Source: Abditibacteriaceae bacterium
Lineage (GTDB): Bacteria; Armatimonadota; Abditibacteriia; Abditibacteriales; Abditibacteriaceae
DNA length: 10,021 bases
Direction: 5' to 3'
Assembly: GCA_031425655.1 (NCBI GenBank)
Contig: JANPJS010000307.1
Coordinates: forward strand, 1 to 10,021
The notes below the pieces were generated by a model, which searched no databases, was not told where the DNA came from, and saw only the letters and a program-made list of their open reading frames with translations. Each line of letters begins with the position of its first letter. Within the stretch, counting starts at the first letter, position 1. The position numbers were made by a program, and so were the translations under genes. Below are positions 6,565 through 10,021 of this stretch, in pieces.

Positions 6565-7620
6565 ATGAAAACAATGCGCGATGTGGCCGCTAAAGCCGAG
6601 GTTTCTTACACGACGGTTTCGTTTGTGTTGAACGGGCGCGACGGCGAGATGCGGATTCCTGAAGACACGCGGCAACGTGTGTTGGTGGCCGCCACGGAAC
6701 TGGGCTATCGCCGCAATGAATTGGCGCGGGCGATGGTAAGCGGCAGAAATCGGATGCTCGGCTTTTTAGTGAGCTTTCCCGAAGCCGAAGCGACGGCGCG
6801 GATGTTGGCCGGTGCGCTGGACGAGGCCGAAAAGCACAATTACTCGCTGAAAGTGCTGAAGTTGAACGGCAATCGGCTGGACAGGCAGAGCATCGAGCGG
6901 TGCCTCGAACTGCGTTTAGCCGGTGTGATGGCGATTTATCTTGACGAAGATAGTCTGAATTTTCTGCACGAAGAAATGGCGCGCCAGCAGATACCGGTTG
7001 CGGTGTTGGAAAGGCCACAGCGTCCGGCATCGGGCATTGGCGTGATAACCGACGACAGTCAGGCGATGCGTTTGGCCGTCGGGCATTTAGCCGCATTGGG
7101 ACATCGTCGCATCGCCTTGATTTCCGAGCAGCCTTCGCTGATTTTTGAAGCGCGAGAAGCCGCTTTTCGCGCGACAATGCGCGAGTGGAAGCTACCGATT
7201 CCCGAAGGCTATGTCTCGCGCGGCCAGATCAACGCGCCTGATTCGCGTTTTATCGAAGACATCACGCGTCAGCTTTTGTGCCACCCGGCGGGGCGTCCCA
7301 CAGCGATTATCGGCATCACCGACCCAATGGCGTTAGTGGCTTTGCGTGTCGCGCATGAAAGCGGCCTCCAAGTGCCGCAGGAGATTTCCTTTGTCGGTTA
7401 CGGCGATCTGGCGATGGCTACTTACAGTTATCCGGCACTGACCTCGGTGGAACTGCCGTTTCGTGAAATTGGAGGCGCCGCCGTGCGCCGTCTGGTGGAG
7501 CGTGTCGCTGCCCCACAAGACCAAGCAGCACCCTTTGATGAGTTGCTGCCGGCGCGCTTGAATGTGCGCTCTTCAACCGGCCCGGCGCCGCGCGAGGAAG
7601 CGCGTCAGGAGCCGTCATGA
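6565..7620 (+). CDS. LacI-family transcriptional regulator
   Basis: HTH TMRDVAAKAEVSYTTVSFVLNG, hinge LGYRRNELARAM, and sugar-binding-domain motifs HLAALGHRRIA, VPQEISFVGYGD, PALTSV. Confidence 0.96.
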   Translation: MKTMRDVAAKAEVSYTTVSFVLNGRDGEMRIPEDTRQRVLVAATELGYRRNELARAMVSGRNRMLGFLVSFPEAEATARMLAGALDEAEKHNYSLKVLKLNGNRLDRQSIERCLELRLAGVMAIYLDEDSLNFLHEEMARQQIPVAVLERPQRPASGIGVITDDSQAMRLAVGHLAALGHRRIALISEQPSLIFEAREAAFRATMREWKLPIPEGYVSRGQINAPDSRFIEDITRQLLCHPAGRPTAIIGITDPMALVALRVAHESGLQVPQEISFVGYGDLAMATYSYPALTSVELPFREIGGAAVRRLVERVAAPQDQAAPFDELLPARLNVRSSTGPAPREEARQEPS

Positions 7621-10021
7621 AGCGAAGTCACTGGCAAATCGTCGTCGCGGCAAGTCTGGTGGCGGCCCCGCTGGTTTCGCAAACGGCGCGGCCTGCGGCC
7701 CCTGCGAAAACAGCGGTAAAGGCTCCGGTAAAACCGGCGCAAGCGCCGGTTAAAGTCGCGGAGATTAAGCCGTTCGTGCAGAACTTTTGCGTGGATTGTC
7801 ACAGCGGCGACAAGCCCAAAGCAGCGTTTAACATGGAAACGCTGAAAACGGCGTTCGACGAGGCATCAACAGCGGCAGCGTGGGAGCGCGCTTACGACAA
7901 AGTGGCGAAGGGCGAAATGCCGCCCGCGAACTACCAGCAGCCCAAAGCCGAAGAAAAAGCCGCGTTTTTGGGCGATTTGCGCACGCAATTGCGCGCCGCA
8001 TCGCTGGCGCGGCACAGTGCCGAAGGGCGGGCGCTGGTGCGGCGATTGAACAAAGTCGAATACGAAAACACGCTGCGCGATTTATTGGGCGTGCCGCTTC
8101 ACGCGCAAAACCTGCTGCCCGATGACGCCAGCGCGGCGGGATTTGATACGGTGGGCGCGGCGCTGAATATCTCGCCGGTGCATCTGGTGCGCTACCAGCA
8201 GGCGGCGCAGTCTGCGCTTTCGCAAGTTATGAGCACGGCGCCGCCCATCAATTACCGCGAGAAATTTACGGGGCGCGAATGGTTCGAGCGCGAAGTGAAA
8301 GGCAATCGCAAAGCGGTGCCGCGCGGCGCCGCTGTCGAGGGCGAAACCGCAATTTTATGTCGCCAAACACAGCAGCACTGGGAACTGAATGTCATGCCGC
8401 GCGAGCCGATTCGCGGGCCGGGATTGTATCGTGTGCGTTTGACGGCTTCGGCGCGCAACACCGGCGGCAAGCCGTTGCCGCTGCGCTTTGGCTGGGAATG
8501 GATGATGCAAAATACGGCGCTGACGCACATTGTCGCCTACCGCGATGCGCCGCCGGATAAACCGGAAGTCATCGAAGTGTTGTTGGATATGCCGCCCGGC
8601 GCAGGCGAGCGGCGCATCGGCGTCACAGCTTACACGCTGAAAAGTTTGGGCGAAAAAGATACTGCGCCGCCCGACATCGCTAACGAGCCGGGTTTTGTGG
8701 TTCACGAATTTGAAATCGAAGGGCCAATCGGTGGCTGGCCCTCGCCGGGGCACAAAAAGCTGTTTGGCGACTTGCCTTTGGAGCCGCGTTCGTGGCAGAA
8801 ACTGCGTGCCGAAGGGGCAGCGCCGCAAGGCGACTGGAACCTTTGGGGGCGTCACGAATTTATTAAAAATCCGCTGGTGCCGGTTTCGCAGAACCCCAAA
8901 GGCGACGCCGAAAACCTGATTCGCGCCTTTTTGCCCCAAGCGTTTCGCCGGCCCGTGGCGCTCGCAGTAGCCGATTACTATGTGCATTTCGCGCATGAGC
9001 GATTGGCGCGCGGCGACGAATTCGGCGAGGCGCTGACGGCGACTTATCGCGCCGCGCTTTGCTCGCCGCATTTTCTGTTTTTGCTGGCTAAAGCCGGGCC
9101 TCTCGATGACTATGCGCTGGCTTCGCGGCTCTCGTATTTTCTTTGGTCTTCGCTGCCCGATGAGCCGCTTTTGGCCTTGGCAGCCAAAGGAGAACTTCGC
9201 AAACCGGCGATTTTAGAAGCGCAAGTCGAGCGCATGCTGCAAGACCCCAAGGCCGAGCGCTTCGTGGATAATTTCACCGGCCAATGGCTGGAACTTCGTA
9301 AAGTGCTGGACATGAAGCCCGACGAGCAATATCACGAATACGACGACGCGCTGGGCTGGAGTTTGGAACGCGAAACCAAAGGCTTTTTTCGCCAGGTTCT
9401 GGAGAAAAATTTGAGCGTCACCGAGTTTGTGAATTCGGATTGGACGATGCTTAACGGGCGTTTGGCGCAGCATTACGGCGTAGAGGGCGTGAATGGCATG
9501 GAGTTTCGTCGCGTTGCGTTGTTGCCAAAGCATAATCGCGGCGGAATTATTACACAGGCCAGCGTTTTGAAGGTCACGGCCAACGGTTCTTATACCTCGC
9601 CGGTCAAGCGCGGCGTGTGGCTTCTGGAGCGCATTTTAGGCACGCCGCCCGATCCGCCGCCGCCCGATATTCCCGCCATTCAGCCCGATATTCGCGGCGC
9701 GGTCACGCTGCGCCAACAAATCGAAAAGCACCGCGAAATCAAAGCCTGTGCCGGTTGCCATGCGAAGATTGATCCGCCGGGTTTTGCCCTTGAAAATTAC
9801 GATGTCATCGGCGGTTACCGCGAGCGTTATCGAACACCGTTGCCGGGCAACGGCGTTAAAGCCGATTTGATTTCATTGGAAAATTATCCCCATTTGAAAA
9901 AGGTTTACGTCACGGCGCCCGTTGAAAGCGGCGCTGTTACCGCCGACGGCAAAGCCTTCAACAACCTCAGCGAATGGAAGCAAATTATGCTGGCCGACCG
10001 CGAACAGTTGGCGCGTGCCTT
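7617..10021 (+). CDS. DUF1592-family multidomain cytochrome c protein (PSCyt1-DUF1587-DUF1595-DUF1592-DUF1588, start of DUF1585); runs off the right edge
   Basis: ATG 7617 overlaps the LacI TGA (ATGA), with AGGAG at 7607-7611. Signal peptide MKRSHWQIVVAASLVAAPL; motifs CVDCH (7788-7802), GEMPP, RRLNKVEYENTLRDLLG, LASRLSYFLWSSLPD, FTGQWL, TSPVKRGVWLLERILG, CAGCHAKIDPPGFALENYD (CxxCH 9747-9761). Both CxxCH motifs are in the ATG frame. Confidence 0.94.
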   Translation, partial: MKRSHWQIVVAASLVAAPLVSQTARPAAPAKTAVKAPVKPAQAPVKVAEIKPFVQNFCVDCHSGDKPKAAFNMETLKTAFDEASTAAAWERAYDKVAKGEMPPANYQQPKAEEKAAFLGDLRTQLRAASLARHSAEGRALVRRLNKVEYENTLRDLLGVPLHAQNLLPDDASAAGFDTVGAALNISPVHLVRYQQAAQSALSQVMSTAPPINYREKFTGREWFEREVKGNRKAVPRGAAVEGETAILCRQTQQHWELNVMPREPIRGPGLYRVRLTASARNTGGKPLPLRFGWEWMMQNTALTHIVAYRDAPPDKPEVIEVLLDMPPGAGERRIGVTAYTLKSLGEKDTAPPDIANEPGFVVHEFEIEGPIGGWPSPGHKKLFGDLPLEPRSWQKLRAEGAAPQGDWNLWGRHEFIKNPLVPVSQNPKGDAENLIRAFLPQAFRRPVALAVADYYVHFAHERLARGDEFGEALTATYRAALCSPHFLFLLAKAGPLDDYALASRLSYFLWSSLPDEPLLALAAKGELRKPAILEAQVERMLQDPKAERFVDNFTGQWLELRKVLDMKPDEQYHEYDDALGWSLERETKGFFRQVLEKNLSVTEFVNSDWTMLNGRLAQHYGVEGVNGMEFRRVALLPKHNRGGIITQASVLKVTANGSYTSPVKRGVWLLERILGTPPDPPPPDIPAIQPDIRGAVTLRQQIEKHREIKACAGCHAKIDPPGFALENYDVIGGYRERYRTPLPGNGVKADLISLENYPHLKKVYVTAPVESGAVTADGKAFNNLSEWKQIMLADREQLARA

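Noticed and set aside
7690..7760. Short imperfect repeats (CCGGTAAA-like)
   Set aside because: They encode an ordinary Ala/Pro/Lys linker after the signal peptide.
8355..9071. 238-aa minus-strand ORF and other short track ORFs inside the main genes
   Set aside because: They overlap well-supported genes in other frames and show no motifs.

Overview
Bacterial carbohydrate/sulfatase-type accessory region. Gene content is PVC-like; an Armatimonadota/Abditibacteriota-like host is a weak inference from the LacI style only. Intact or window-truncated genes: a partial planctomycete-type cytochrome c (DUF1592-family) gene at the left edge (-), two secreted Cys-type sulfatases (-), a ThuA-domain protein (-), a LacI regulator (+), and a second DUF1592-family cytochrome gene translationally coupled to LacI and running off the right edge (+). 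The ORF track hides most of the interesting structure. The apparent intergenic DNA between 2028 and 6203 is a series of short gene remnants: a sulfatase 3' end, a GH32-like C-terminal piece, a LamG 3' end, a GH32-like skeleton of only N- and C-termini, a DUF1552 3' end and a beta-helix glycanase-like piece. This suggests a higher-GC operon that was acquired and then collapsed by deletion. A 199-bp MITE with ISAs1-type ends, a 10-bp target duplication and a REP-doublet core lies at 6204-6402. A perfect 29-bp-stem hairpin lies at 5655-5721. All family assignments come from motif recognition, not database searches.
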